Made by a program: the position numbers and the translations under genes | Source of the DNA: an uncultured delta proteobacterium | GTDB taxonomy: Bacteria; Myxococcota_A; Polyangia; Fen-1088 | Assembly: GCA_963755125.1 (NCBI GenBank) | Contig: CAVWIP010000010.1 | Location: forward strand, 96,001 to 160,000 | Reading direction: 5' to 3' | Length of the DNA: 64,000 bases | Part shown: positions 23,044 through 35,319 of the stretch, in pieces | Layout: every line of letters starts with the position of its first letter | Numbering within the stretch: position 1 is the first letter of the stretch | The notes under the pieces: generated by a model | Seen by the model: only the letters and a program-made list of their open reading frames with translations | Database searches by the model: none | What the model was told of the DNA's origin: nothing

Positions 23044-23910
23044 ATGGATTCGGCTCCTCCTCTCACCGCGACACTACTTGTCACCTGCCGTGACCGCACG
23101 GGCCTGGTCGCGGCGTTGTCGAACTTCGTCTTCCAGAATGGCGGCAATATACTGGATGCCGACCAACACTCGGAGAGCGAGAGCGGCGAGTTTTTCATGC
23201 GACTGGTCTGGGACCTGAGCGGGTTCCGGCTGGAGCGCCAGGCTGCCCAGGCTGCGATTGAAGCGCTCGCCCGCCAGTTCAACCTGCGCTGGGAGCTGAC
23301 CTTCTCAGACGCACGGCCGCGGGTCGCCGTCATGGTCAGCAAGGCTTCGCATTGCCTGTATGACTTGATGCTGTGCCAGCAACTGGGGGATCTGGGCGGC
23401 GAGATCATCACAGTCATCTCGAACCACGAGACGCTGTCCGATGTGTGCAGACACTTTGACGTGCCGCTGGCGGTAATCCCGGTCGAGCGAGACCAGAAAG
23501 CCGTGGGCGAGGCCAGGCAACTGGCGCTGCTGGCTGAACTGCGCATCGATCTGGTGGTGCTCGCGCGCTACATGCAGATCCTGTCGCCCGCGTTCGTGGA
23601 GCGCTGGCAGGGACGCATCATCAACATACACCACTCGTTCCTGCCCGCCTTCGCAGGCGCGCGCCCCTACCACCAGGCCCAGCAACGCGGGGTGAAGGTC
23701 ATCGGCGCCACAGCCCACTATGTGACCGCGGACCTGGACCAGGGCCCGATCATCGAGCAGGACGTGTGCCGAGTCTCCCATCGCGACACCGTTGAAGACA
23801 TGATGCGCAAGGGACGAGAGCTGGAGCGGCAGGTGCTCACGCGGGCAGTGCGCCTCCACCTGCAACGGCGGGTCCTGGTATCTGGCAACCGCACCATCGT
23901 GTTTGGTTGA
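23044..23910 (+). CDS. purU: formyltetrahydrofolate deformylase
   Basis: N-terminal ACT domain; LARYMQIL, INIHHSFLPAF.GA.PY, DLDQGPIIEQ. Confidence 0.96.
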   Translation: MDSAPPLTATLLVTCRDRTGLVAALSNFVFQNGGNILDADQHSESESGEFFMRLVWDLSGFRLERQAAQAAIEALARQFNLRWELTFSDARPRVAVMVSKASHCLYDLMLCQQLGDLGGEIITVISNHETLSDVCRHFDVPLAVIPVERDQKAVGEARQLALLAELRIDLVVLARYMQILSPAFVERWQGRIINIHHSFLPAFAGARPYHQAQQRGVKVIGATAHYVTADLDQGPIIEQDVCRVSHRDTVEDMMRKGRELERQVLTRAVRLHLQRRVLVSGNRTIVFG

Positions 23911-23977
23911 CTCGCGACGCGCCTGTCAACAATAATGGATCCGTTGGCGTGGTTTCGCCGGACGGAAGGAGATCCTC

Positions 23978-24490
23978 ATGAAGATCTGGCTGGTCGCAGT
24001 CGCATTGTTGGCCGCAACAACCGCCAGCGCAGCAGCGAAGAAGACTGCCAAGGAAGCAGCGACGAAATCGGCTGCCGATCCCAACGCGGCCGTGGCCAAG
24101 AGCCACGGTGGCAAGGTTTGGGTGGTGTCTGATTCCATCCCAGCAGTCGAGGGAGATGGACTGGAGAAATGGCTGACCGCGCACCCCACGAACCTGGAAC
24201 TCGCCCGCAAAGGCAACGAGGATCGGTGGGCCATCAATTTCCTGGCCGTGTTCAAGAAGCCGCCGGCCAAGGGTCCGATGACGGTCATGTTCGTGGACAA
24301 GAAGGATCCCAAGATCATCGTCGATCAGGTCTCGCCGCAAACACCCGGCGCCACTCTCGTCTACCAGGAAGGCTACGACCTGGAACAGAACAACGGCTTC
24401 AACAAGGACCACACCTACGTCATCCGGGTGGGGCAGCTCATCAAGGGCAAGTTCCAGTCGTACGCGACCGGCGAGATAACGCTCAAGTAG
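23978..24490 (+). CDS. exported hypothetical protein
   Basis: AAGGAG RBS; signal peptide; strongly GC3-biased codons. Confidence 0.75.
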   Translation: MKIWLVAVALLAATTASAAAKKTAKEAATKSAADPNAAVAKSHGGKVWVVSDSIPAVEGDGLEKWLTAHPTNLELARKGNEDRWAINFLAVFKKPPAKGPMTVMFVDKKDPKIIVDQVSPQTPGATLVYQEGYDLEQNNGFNKDHTYVIRVGQLIKGKFQSYATGEITLK

Positions 24491-24550
24491 CGTTGGCGGC
24501 GATGGCGCGCTAGGGCCAGCGCCTGCTCAAAGCTCCACCATGCTACGATT

Positions 24551-26023
24551 GTGCCTCCTGCCCGAACTGGCGCAGGCGAAGACGAGCCTTTGGCCACCGA
24601 ACCGATCCGCACAACACCCAGACCCCGACCTCGCCCTGGCGATGAGCTGTGCGTGACCGTCGACCGTCTGGCCTACGGGGGCGAGGCGGTGGGCCGGCAC
24701 CACGGGCTCGTGGTGTTTGTTTCAGGTGCGGCGCCCGGCGAGACGGTGCGCGCGCGCGTGCGACGAGTGCAGCGGCGGCACGTGGAAGCGGATGTGGTCG
24801 CGGTGGAGAAAGCCTCGCCCGAACGCGTGCAACCGCGCTGCGTGCACTTCGCCCAGGGCTGCGGCGGCTGCACCTGGCAGCACGTGGACTACGCGGGCCA
24901 GTTGCGCAACAAGGAAACCGCTGTTCGCGACAGCCTGGAGCGGCTGGGCAGGCTGCAAGACTTGCCCCTGCGTCCCATCATCCCCGCGCCCAGTCTCTGG
25001 CACTACCGCAACAAGATGGAGTTTGCCTTTCACCCCGAGGGCGTGCTGGGCCTGCACCCACGCGGGGCCTGGCACAGCATCCTGCGCTTGCGCGAGTGTT
25101 ATCTGGCGCCGCCCCTGACCGTGGCGCTGGTCAAGGCTGCCCAGGCCTTTGCGCGCGAGGAGAACCTGTCGCTGCACGATCCGCGCACCCATCAAGGGCT
25201 GCTGCGCGAGCTGGTCGTGCGCCACAGCCAGGGCACCACGGAAACTATGCTTGGCATCGTGACCAGCCCGGGAGCCTTCGACGCTGCGGCCGCCATGGCC
25301 GAACGTCTGGCCGCGGTAGACGCCAGCGTAAAGAGCGTGGTGCGCAGTATCCGCGCCTCGTCTGACACCTCGGCTCCCTTGCAGCAGACCACGCTCCTGC
25401 GTGGCCAGGACCACATCAGCGAAACCATCGGCGGCTTGCGCTTCAACATCGGCGTGGAAACCTTCTTTCAAACCAACACGGCGCAGGCTGAATGTCTAGT
25501 GGCCCTGGTCCGCGAACTGGCCGGCGACATGGCCGGGGCGCTGGCCATCGACGTCTACTGCGGCGTGGGCATGTTCACCCTGGCCCTGGCCGCCGCCGGC
25601 GCCAAGGCCGTTGGCATCGAGCTGTCGGAAAGTTCCGTCGAGGCCGCGCGAATCAACGCTCATGGCAACGGCCTGGATGGGGCCCGGTTCTTTGCCGGTG
25701 ACGCGCGCAGTGTCTTGCCCCAGGTGCTGGCCGAGCACGGGAGCCCGCGCGTCGTGGTGCTCGATCCACCGCGCGCCGGCGCCGGGGGAAAGGTCATGCG
25801 GCGAATTGCCCGCTCGGCGCCCGCGCGAATCATCTACGTGTCATGCAACCCCACCACATTGGCGCGCGATCTCGTGGAGCTGGAGCCCTTCGGCTACCGC
25901 ATCTCCGTGGTGCAACCGCTGGATTTGTTCCCCCAGACCTACCACGTGGAGACCGTGGTCGCGCTCGATCGCCATGCTATCCTGACTCCCTCGGTTCCGC
26001 CGTCCGCGTGCGAGCCTGAGTGA
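24551..26023 (+). CDS. rlmD: 23S rRNA (uracil-C5)-methyltransferase RlmD/TrmA family
   Basis: TRAM domain, C..F..CGGCTWQH Fe-S motif, FFQTN, LDPPRAG, YVSCNP, DLFPQTYHVE. Confidence 0.93.
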   Translation: MPPARTGAGEDEPLATEPIRTTPRPRPRPGDELCVTVDRLAYGGEAVGRHHGLVVFVSGAAPGETVRARVRRVQRRHVEADVVAVEKASPERVQPRCVHFAQGCGGCTWQHVDYAGQLRNKETAVRDSLERLGRLQDLPLRPIIPAPSLWHYRNKMEFAFHPEGVLGLHPRGAWHSILRLRECYLAPPLTVALVKAAQAFAREENLSLHDPRTHQGLLRELVVRHSQGTTETMLGIVTSPGAFDAAAAMAERLAAVDASVKSVVRSIRASSDTSAPLQQTTLLRGQDHISETIGGLRFNIGVETFFQTNTAQAECLVALVRELAGDMAGALAIDVYCGVGMFTLALAAAGAKAVGIELSESSVEAARINAHGNGLDGARFFAGDARSVLPQVLAEHGSPRVVVLDPPRAGAGGKVMRRIARSAPARIIYVSCNPTTLARDLVELEPFGYRISVVQPLDLFPQTYHVETVVALDRHAILTPSVPPSACEPE

Positions 26024-26036
26024 ATCTTCCCGTGTC

Positions 26037-27095
26037 ATGAAGCGTGCGCGCAACCCAGTCTCCCTTTCGGGCATTCTCACGGGAATCCCACGCGGCTTCG
26101 ATGCCAAGCCAATCTGGGCGCAGCTCAACGTGACCTGGCGGTGCAACCTGAGCTGCCGCTACTGCACGGAGTACGACAACAGCAAGGGCCACGTCCCGGC
26201 ATCCGAAATCTACGCCCGTATCGACCGGTGCAAGCAACTGGGCGTGCTTCACACCGATCTCATCGGCGGCGAGCCGCTCTTGCACCCGGACATCTTCCCC
26301 CTCATGCGCCACGTGGTGCGCAGCGGGATGTCGACCGGGATGACCACCAACGGGTTTCTCCTGAGCGAGGACAAGCTGGACGCGCTCATCGACCTAGGCA
26401 TGGGCCGCATCCAGATCTCGATCGATTGCCTGAACCCGTCGGCGGACACGCCAAAATCCCTGCGCACCTTGCGCAACAAGATCGAGATGGTCGCACGCCG
26501 GGGGCTGTGGTTCTACGTCGCGGCGGTGCTGTGCCCTGAAACTCTCGACGAGGTGATTCCGCTGGCCGAGCACTGCTTCGAGTTGGACGTCCCCATCTTC
26601 TTCTCCCTGGTGCACGAGCGCGGCCGGCTGCAACCGGGACCGCTCGACGCGCGCTATTTGGAGAAGCTGCGCTGGCTGCGGCAGAAGAAGCGCGAGGGCA
26701 AGCCCATCTCAAACCCCTACTATCTCATCCGCTATTTTGAACGCGCCCTGGCCGGCCGGCCCATGCCCTGGACGTGCCGCGGGGGCAACAAGGCCTTCTA
26801 CGTCTCGCCCGAGGGCGATTTCCAGTACTGCTACCACGTCGCGCCGCTACGGTCCTTCGCGCAGATCACCGCGCAGGATATCCGCGATTCGCGCAGCCCA
26901 AAGGGTTGTGAGGATGGTTGCGGCGTCGATTGCATGATCCGAACCTCGCTGCCTTTTTCGAATCGCGCCTGGGTCATCCGGCATGAACTCGGCGAGCGTG
27001 TGCGCGGCCTGGGCAGCCGACTCGGACTGACCAGCTCGAAGACTACGCTCCCGGCAGATGGATCGGTTGACCCGGTCCAGAGAAACGCGGGCTGA
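26037..27095 (+). CDS. radical SAM protein with C-terminal Cys (twitch/SPASM-like) region
   Basis: CNLSCRYC, GGEPLLH, TTNG; WTCRGG..YC..CEDGCGVDC. Confidence 0.9.
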   Translation: MKRARNPVSLSGILTGIPRGFDAKPIWAQLNVTWRCNLSCRYCTEYDNSKGHVPASEIYARIDRCKQLGVLHTDLIGGEPLLHPDIFPLMRHVVRSGMSTGMTTNGFLLSEDKLDALIDLGMGRIQISIDCLNPSADTPKSLRTLRNKIEMVARRGLWFYVAAVLCPETLDEVIPLAEHCFELDVPIFFSLVHERGRLQPGPLDARYLEKLRWLRQKKREGKPISNPYYLIRYFERALAGRPMPWTCRGGNKAFYVSPEGDFQYCYHVAPLRSFAQITAQDIRDSRSPKGCEDGCGVDCMIRTSLPFSNRAWVIRHELGERVRGLGSRLGLTSSKTTLPADGSVDPVQRNAG

Positions 27096-27501
27096 ACACG
27101 ACCCAGCGGTTCATCGGATAGTTCCAGCCGAGATAGACCAGCGCCGCCACCACCAGCTTGGATGCGGGATAGGGCAGACCAAGAAACCGCGTCAACAGCC
27201 AAACCCCGACGGTGTGCAATCCTGATGCGCCCACCTGGACCAGGACGAAGCGAAGAAACTGCATCGAGCGCGGCTGCCAGGACACGCGAAAGGTCCACCA
27301 GCGGTTGATGGAGAAATTGGAAAGTGATCCGACAATCGTCGCGATCCAAGTCGCCAGCACATAGTCGACACCGACCAGTTCGACCAGGCCGGTCAAGGTG
27401 AAGAAATCCAAAGCGATGGTGAACGTCGAGGTGAGCGAGTTGCGCACAAACGTGCCCCGAACCGGTTGGCGCGGCGAGGGTGGCACGTCGGCGGCTGTCA
27501 C
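27043..27501 (-). CDS. GtrA-family membrane protein
   Basis: GTG start overlaps the MMPL stop (GTGA); NFSINRWWTF, QFLRF, WNYPMNRWVVF. Confidence 0.85.
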   Translation of the reverse strand: MTAADVPPSPRQPVRGTFVRNSLTSTFTIALDFFTLTGLVELVGVDYVLATWIATIVGSLSNFSINRWWTFRVSWQPRSMQFLRFVLVQVGASGLHTVGVWLLTRFLGLPYPASKLVVAALVYLGWNYPMNRWVVFSPRFSGPGQPIHLPGA

Positions 27502-30074
27502 GCGCCAGCCCCTCGGCGCGAGCGCCAGCCCTGGTATAGAAGAAGAACCGAAGGCAGAACCATCACCGCCGTCGCCAGGCAGGTCAACTCGCCCATGACT
27601 GCGAACAGGCCAAAGAGAAAAAGACCGCGGTTCTGCGCCACCAGCAGCGACGAATACCCGATGATGGTCGTGGCCGAGCACAGACTGACGGCACCGCCGG
27701 TGGCGCTGATCGCTGCCGTCACGTCGGAGCGTCCGTCCTGCAGGTAGCGGCCCATCACGTTGACCGCGTAGTCCACCCCGATCCCGAAGGTGATGGGGAA
27801 CGCGATGAGGTTGATGAAGTTGATGCGAACACCGAGGTAGATGGTGGCCGCCAGCATCCACCCGACGCCGATCACCAGTGAGCCTATGACGAACGGGGTG
27901 GCCAGGCTGGCGCGAAACAGGACCACGACGACCAGCACCACGCCAAACAAGGCGAGCAGCGAGGCCAGCGGGCCATCGCGGCTCATGCAGGCCAGGATGT
28001 CGGCCGAGAGTGGCGGAGCGCCGGCCACACGGGCCGCCGCCCCTGAGGTGCCGCGCGCCGAGGCAGCAATGTCGCGCAGGTGCTCGACGAAACTTGAGAT
28101 GTCGGGGCCGTACCAGGTGGTCTGCGTGGGCCGCGGAAACACCAGGATGGTCCGGCCCAGCGTCCCGTCACGCTCGCGCAGCCCGGTGAGCAGCCCGTCG
28201 GGCAGGTCGGCCACCGTGATGGCAGGCATTGGCCCGCTGCCGAGAAAGCGCTCCACCTTGTCTTGCTCGTCAGGCGAAAACTGCGCGCGAATCCGGGGCG
28301 TCAGCTTCTTGCGCAAGCGCTCGATGATCTTCTGCTTCTCCGCCTGTTCCGTGGGAAGCACGTCGTCGGCCGTCACGATCGAGGAAATGCGTGCGTCGAG
28401 CGGCGGCCGGGTAGCGGCCTCGCGCAGGCGGGTCGCGATGGCGCGGGTCTGCGCCACCTGATCGGCCAGGATCACAGTCGGCGTGACCTGACGGCCGAGG
28501 AGCTGGTCCATTCTCGCGCCCCAGTAACCTTCACCGGAGACCCAGGTGTCGCGGCGCCGGAGTTTGCTGAAGTCGTGCTCAAGCTGATTTCGGCCAAAGT
28601 GGCGGAACTGAAACAGGGCGAGCAGGGTGAGCACCAGCGCGGCCAGGGCGAACGGAACAGGACTGTGCGCGATGCGATTGGCCAGCAGTTCCATGGGCCG
28701 CAGCCGTGCCGCCCGCTCGCTCAGCGGCCTGAGCCGTCCCCTGTCCAGCCACGCGATCAGGGACGGGGAAAGCAGGAAGGTCGCGGTCCAGCACAGCACC
28801 ATTCCCAGCCCGCCGATGACGCCGAACTGGCGGAACCCGCGAAAGTCCATGGCCACCAGGGAGCCGTATGCCGCCGCAGCCGCGAGCGCCGCCGAGAGCG
28901 TCCCCACCCGGGTTCCCGACAGGCTGATGGCCAGCGACTCCTCCATCGAGACGCCGCGTCGACGTGCCTCGACATAGCGTGCGAGCAGCACGATGCCGAA
29001 GTTGATGCCGTTGCCCACGATGATCGATCCGAGAAACGCGGTGTTGGAGTTGAGCGCGGTGATGCGCCAGGGTGGCAGGCTGGCAAGAGCGAACGCGGTC
29101 ACCGCCCCGATGGCAAGCGGGGCCAGCAGAATGGGCACCGCGGCCACCCAGCGGTAGTAGAGCACCAGCGCGATGATCACCAGGACGATGACCAGGATCG
29201 ACGAGAAGGTCAGATCCACCACCAGGGCTGACATCTCCTCGACCGAAATAGGTACGTCGCCCGTGAACCCGACACGCATCCCCGGCGCATAGTGGGCCGG
29301 ACCTCCCAACTCGGCCAGATCGCGGCGTACCCGGTCGAGCAGTTCGCTGGCCTGCTTGGTCCCCGTCGAGTAGCTGCCCACCTCGACCAGCATGAGGGTG
29401 AGGCCGAGGCTGCGGCTGGAGAAGCGATCCCCGCTCAGCCCCGGTTCATCGAGCCGCGACTGGTACTTCTTCTCCAAGTCGGACACGTCGACCGCAGGGG
29501 GCGGCTCACTTTCGTCAAGAAGCATGTCCTGCTCCTTCATCAACTCGTAGTGGATGCGCTCTTCGATGCGCTGGCGCAGCACCTCGAGATCGGGCAGGTC
29601 CATGTACAGGGGCCGGTGCTGCTCGACGAAACTCCGCTCGGCGGCCGTGCCCAGGCGAACCGTGCGCACCAGATCCGGTGGGTAGCTGCGGACCCGGGCC
29701 GCCAGATCGTCAAGCAGGCGCTCGCCCGCGAGCAGGTTGTCGGCCGAGCCCACGTCGACCAGCACGCCCAGGTACTGCAGCCCGGGCATGCGAGCGCGCA
29801 ACTCGTCGAGCGCGAGCACGCTGGGCGCGCTCCGGGGCAGCAGTTCCTCGAGATCACTGCGCAGGTTGAAGTAGAGCTTGACGGTGGCCATGGCCGACGG
29901 CACGGCGAGCGCGATGGCGACGAGCCAGAGGATGCGGCCGTGCCTGAGCGCCCACGCTACGAAGGCGCGACAGCGTGGGCCGGGATGGACCGGGGAAGAG
30001 GTCAAGTGGAGAGGACCGATGCGACGGGAGCCTGGGAGGCTCGAAATGTAGCAGACAAGCGCGAGGGAGTGCAC
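27498..30074 (-). CDS. MMPL/RND-family lipid transporter
   Basis: Two repeats with GNGINFGI and GIGVDYAV motifs, about 12 TM; start uncertain. Confidence 0.88.
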   Translation of the reverse strand: MHSLALVCYISSLPGSRRIGPLHLTSSPVHPGPRCRAFVAWALRHGRILWLVAIALAVPSAMATVKLYFNLRSDLEELLPRSAPSVLALDELRARMPGLQYLGVLVDVGSADNLLAGERLLDDLAARVRSYPPDLVRTVRLGTAAERSFVEQHRPLYMDLPDLEVLRQRIEERIHYELMKEQDMLLDESEPPPAVDVSDLEKKYQSRLDEPGLSGDRFSSRSLGLTLMLVEVGSYSTGTKQASELLDRVRRDLAELGGPAHYAPGMRVGFTGDVPISVEEMSALVVDLTFSSILVIVLVIIALVLYYRWVAAVPILLAPLAIGAVTAFALASLPPWRITALNSNTAFLGSIIVGNGINFGIVLLARYVEARRRGVSMEESLAISLSGTRVGTLSAALAAAAAYGSLVAMDFRGFRQFGVIGGLGMVLCWTATFLLSPSLIAWLDRGRLRPLSERAARLRPMELLANRIAHSPVPFALAALVLTLLALFQFRHFGRNQLEHDFSKLRRRDTWVSGEGYWGARMDQLLGRQVTPTVILADQVAQTRAIATRLREAATRPPLDARISSIVTADDVLPTEQAEKQKIIERLRKKLTPRIRAQFSPDEQDKVERFLGSGPMPAITVADLPDGLLTGLRERDGTLGRTILVFPRPTQTTWYGPDISSFVEHLRDIAASARGTSGAAARVAGAPPLSADILACMSRDGPLASLLALFGVVLVVVVLFRASLATPFVIGSLVIGVGWMLAATIYLGVRINFINLIAFPITFGIGVDYAVNVMGRYLQDGRSDVTAAISATGGAVSLCSATTIIGYSSLLVAQNRGLFLFGLFAVMGELTCLATAVMVLPSVLLLYQGWRSRRGAGA

Positions 30075-30121
30075 AGACTACGCGCGGCGCGGGCCGAAGA
30101 ATCGAGGTACAAGATCGGACC

Positions 30122-30922
30122 ATGTTCGCCCTGAAGAAACTGCTGTCCGCAGCCCTGCAGCCTGGGTTCGTGCTGCTCATCGTCATGTTGGTGGGGCTGA
30201 TCCTGCTGTGGTTCAGCAAGAAACAGCGAGCGGCCAAGGCCCTTCTGACCGCGGGTCTCGCACTCCTGGCGCTGCTCTTCCTCGACCCCGTGGCCCGCGC
30301 CCTGGTTCGTCCGCTGGAAGCGACCTATCCCCCGTTGCTGGCTGAGGCGACGCAGACCGTTTCGAGCCTGCCTGACGGCTCGCCAGCGCCGCGCTGGGTG
30401 GTGGTGCTGGGGGGCGGACACATCGATAACCGCTCGCTCGCCGCCTCTCAGCAGCTGTCCGCACCGACCCTGGCACGCCTGGCCGAAGGCATCCGCCTGC
30501 AGCGACTTCTGCCTGAGTCAAAGCTGGTCCTGTCAGGTGGCGGAAACCGCCATGAAGCGACCGAGGCCGGCCTACTGGCGGGAGCCGGTACCAGCCTGGG
30601 TGCCCCACGCGAGCGTATGGTCCTCGAATCCCAGTCCCGCGACACCATCGACGAAGTGCGGGCGCTGCACGCGACTCTGGGCCAGGAACGCTTCGTGCTG
30701 GTGACCTCGGCCACGCACCTGCCCCGGGCCATGGCCATGTTCGAGAAGGCCGGCATGAACCCCATTCCTGCCCCCACCGATTACCTCGATGCCGATGAGT
30801 CCGCAGACGTGGGTCGCCTGTTCGCCTTGATCCCACGTGCGGGAGCCGCCGGGACGATCGAACGGGCCCTGCACGAATATCTGGGGCTTTTCTGGGCCAG
30901 GCTGCGCGGGCAAGCACGATAG
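30122..30922 (+). CDS. ElyC/YdcF (DUF218) envelope protein
   Basis: [46 protein letters not shown]. Confidence 0.9.
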   Translation: MFALKKLLSAALQPGFVLLIVMLVGLILLWFSKKQRAAKALLTAGLALLALLFLDPVARALVRPLEATYPPLLAEATQTVSSLPDGSPAPRWVVVLGGGHIDNRSLAASQQLSAPTLARLAEGIRLQRLLPESKLVLSGGGNRHEATEAGLLAGAGTSLGAPRERMVLESQSRDTIDEVRALHATLGQERFVLVTSATHLPRAMAMFEKAGMNPIPAPTDYLDADESADVGRLFALIPRAGAAGTIERALHEYLGLFWARLRGQAR

Positions 30923-30966
30923 TTTCCTTCAGTGTAACCTTCGCAAAATCAAGGAGCCCCGTTCCC

Positions 30967-32607
<1,641 letters not shown>

Positions 32608-32694
32608 TCCGACGACGCCGGCCCCCTGCGCCCCGCCACGCTGTATTTCTTGCCCAGCGGCGCCGCCGGGGGCATATGTTGAGTAAGCGAATCC

Positions 32695-34809
32695 GTGATG
32701 AAATATGCACCGCTGTTTGCTATCCAAGCATACTTAGCCCTGTTGTCGGGATGTGACGTTCGCGCTGTCGCCTCCCTGCCGCCACCCCAGACCACCTCGT
32801 CGGTCAAGACCGCGACGCCGACCAGCAAGCCCGCGGCGCCCGCCGCGCCCGTGCCCGCCAGCAAGTCCCCCGCGACACAAGCCCCGGCCCCCGGCGTCGT
32901 GCCCGATGACGATCGCGCCCTGGTGATTCGCGACGGCCAGGAGAGCTGGACCAGCGCTTCCGGCGCAGCCCGCTCCGGATACACCATCGTCGATCTCGGT
33001 GACGATTGGACTCCCTTCATCTTCGAGGAACATCGTGGCGCCGACGGGCAGAGCATGCCCAACCGCTACCGCCGCGTGTTCCTCGGCCTGGCCAACGACA
33101 CGCTCGACGAAGATGGCGAGCCCTTGCCCACGGGCGAAAAGAACTACCTCGAACTCTACGGCATTCCGCCTTCGCTGGGGGTGCTGCGCGCCCGCTTCCT
33201 GGAGGACGAGAAGCAGAAGTGCCATGAAGGCGCCAACCTGGCCGCCATGGAGGCGGTGGAGACCACAGGCTACGTGGCGCCGGAGACGGTGGTTCCGGAA
33301 GAGAAGCGCATCGCACGCATGCGCAGCGATCTGGAAAACGCGCGCCGGAAAGCCCACGCGCAGACGCTGGCCGAGCTGGCTGCCAAGAACCCCAAGCTGG
33401 AACCCAAGGTTAAGCTGGTCGAGCGACGGGCCGCAAAGAAGCTGGCCATGACCGAGGTGGAACGCCGACTGGCCTGCGAAGGCATGTTCAAGCACGGCGT
33501 GAAGCACGTCGCGGGCATCTACGACGATGCCATGCGCCTGGCGGTGCGCCGTTTTCAGCAGAAGCACATGATCTACGAGCCCAACTACCTGCGCCATCAG
33601 ACCATGGACGCCCTGGCCCGAGCGCCGCTGTCCAACGATCATGAGGCCCTGGTGCGGGTCTTGCGTGAGCGCGTGGTGGCCGCCACCGGCGTGGTCGAGG
33701 ACGGCACCGTGGACAGCAAGAGCGGCCCGGCCACGTACACCGGCGCCAACGGACAGACGCTGCCAGTGCGCAACCTAGTCGAGGAGATGACCCAGGCCGC
33801 GGTCGAGCAGCTCGGCCTGGCCAGCCCCGAGGCTGCGCTGGCGTTTTTCAAGCGTCACAGCGCCGCCGATTTCCGCCACCTGCGCGCCGCAGTCCACTTG
33901 CCGGCCCTGCCCGAGTACTACGGGCCCAACATGGATCTGTCCATCGTGATCGATCGCGGCGAGGTCTGGTACGACCTGCCCTGGGATGCGGCGGGCGTGC
34001 GCCACGCGCAGCCACGCAAGCGCTACCCCAGCTTCCACCTCTACGTGAAGTACAAGGAACAACGCATCCCGCTCGCACGCTGGCAGACCACCATCGGCGG
34101 CTGGCGCGCCGAACAGGCGTCGGACGGCTACGAGTACTATCGCTACAAGGGCTCGGACGTGGGGCCGCGCGTGATCCGCAACGTGGTGGCCGGCCCGGTG
34201 TGGATCGCGCCCGAGTCCACGCCCATCCGCACCCTGGTCAAGCCCAAAACCGTGAACGGCCTGTGGCAGCGGGTGGTCAACTACGACGAGCTGGGCCCGG
34301 GATTTCTCTCGGCCTACGGACTCATCGCCGGCTATCTGGTGGTGCCGGGCAAGGGCGGCAAGCCCGACTGGGACAACGGCATCCGCGCGCACGGCTCGTC
34401 GGAGTATCTCTCCATGTCCAGCCCCGAGGGCTACTCGCACGGCTGCCACCGCCTGCCCAACCACCTGGCCATCCGGCTCTACTCGTTCATCCTGCGCCAC
34501 CGTCCCATGCGCATTCTGGGCGACCAGCCGGCTAACATCGCGCGCCAGTTCCTGCTCGACAACGACGTGTTCGAGATTCGCGTTCCCTCGCGCGGCTACC
34601 AGTATGTGCTTGAGCCGCCGTTGCCAGTGGACGTGCTGGAGGGCGAGATCAAGGGCACCTTGAAGAAGCCGATCCTGACCTACGTGCCCAAGCCGGGCGT
34701 GCGCTATCCCGGGCCGCCGCCGGAGGTGCCCAACTCAGCCGAAGGCCGCGCGGGCGGAGTCAGCTCGGGCCGCTCGGCCGGCGGCGATGACGAAGGGGGG
34801 GCGCCATGA
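32695..34809 (+). CDS. large lipoprotein with peptidoglycan-binding-like segment and YkuD-type L,D-transpeptidase domain
   Basis: Lipobox LLSGC; GIYDDAMRLAVRRFQ (PG-binding-like); IRAHGS..SHGCHRL catalytic motif. Confidence 0.8.
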   Translation: MMKYAPLFAIQAYLALLSGCDVRAVASLPPPQTTSSVKTATPTSKPAAPAAPVPASKSPATQAPAPGVVPDDDRALVIRDGQESWTSASGAARSGYTIVDLGDDWTPFIFEEHRGADGQSMPNRYRRVFLGLANDTLDEDGEPLPTGEKNYLELYGIPPSLGVLRARFLEDEKQKCHEGANLAAMEAVETTGYVAPETVVPEEKRIARMRSDLENARRKAHAQTLAELAAKNPKLEPKVKLVERRAAKKLAMTEVERRLACEGMFKHGVKHVAGIYDDAMRLAVRRFQQKHMIYEPNYLRHQTMDALARAPLSNDHEALVRVLRERVVAATGVVEDGTVDSKSGPATYTGANGQTLPVRNLVEEMTQAAVEQLGLASPEAALAFFKRHSAADFRHLRAAVHLPALPEYYGPNMDLSIVIDRGEVWYDLPWDAAGVRHAQPRKRYPSFHLYVKYKEQRIPLARWQTTIGGWRAEQASDGYEYYRYKGSDVGPRVIRNVVAGPVWIAPESTPIRTLVKPKTVNGLWQRVVNYDELGPGFLSAYGLIAGYLVVPGKGGKPDWDNGIRAHGSSEYLSMSSPEGYSHGCHRLPNHLAIRLYSFILRHRPMRILGDQPANIARQFLLDNDVFEIRVPSRGYQYVLEPPLPVDVLEGEIKGTLKKPILTYVPKPGVRYPGPPPEVPNSAEGRAGGVSSGRSAGGDDEGGAP

Positions 34810-35309
34810 AGCCACGTGGGCGCCGGTGCAGACCTTGCCTGCTTGCCGGCGGCATGCTGCTGGCTGTGCTGGGGCTGGCTGCGGCGGTGGGGCTGGGCGC
34901 CGAGGATGCCGACAAGAACCCGGTAGTCGAGGAGCCATCGAGCAAGAGGACAGAAGACAAGGTCACCATCACCGTGCAGACGGTTCCGCCGCGCAAGGCG
35001 GTGGTCAAGTGGGGCAGCAAGACCCTGGGCGTGATTCCCGTACCCCGGCCGCTGGTGGTGGTGCGACCGCGCGACAGCGGGCCGCTCGACCTGGTGGTCC
35101 GCGCCGCCGGCTTCTTGCCGGTCCACACGCGTGCCTACACCTTCTCCGATAGCCGAGTCGCCATCAAGCTGACGCCGCTTTCCGAGAAGAACACTCTCTT
35201 CGGCTACCGGCAGGAAGTTCCGCCCGAGGGCACCGCCAGTCCCGACGGGGGCGCACCGCCCCCAGCGCCCGCGCCCTCACCAGCCCCTGCGCCAGCCCCG
35301 CAGAGATAG
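34806..35309 (+). CDS. exported hypothetical protein, PEGA-like fold
   Basis: ATGA overlap with the upstream gene; ITVQTVPPRKAVVKWG..LG..P..LVVRAAGF pattern; Pro-rich tail. Confidence 0.55.
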   Translation: MKPRGRRCRPCLLAGGMLLAVLGLAAAVGLGAEDADKNPVVEEPSSKRTEDKVTITVQTVPPRKAVVKWGSKTLGVIPVPRPLVVVRPRDSGPLDLVVRAAGFLPVHTRAYTFSDSRVAIKLTPLSEKNTLFGYRQEVPPEGTASPDGGAPPPAPAPSPAPAPAPQR

Positions 35310-35319
35310 CCAGGATCCG

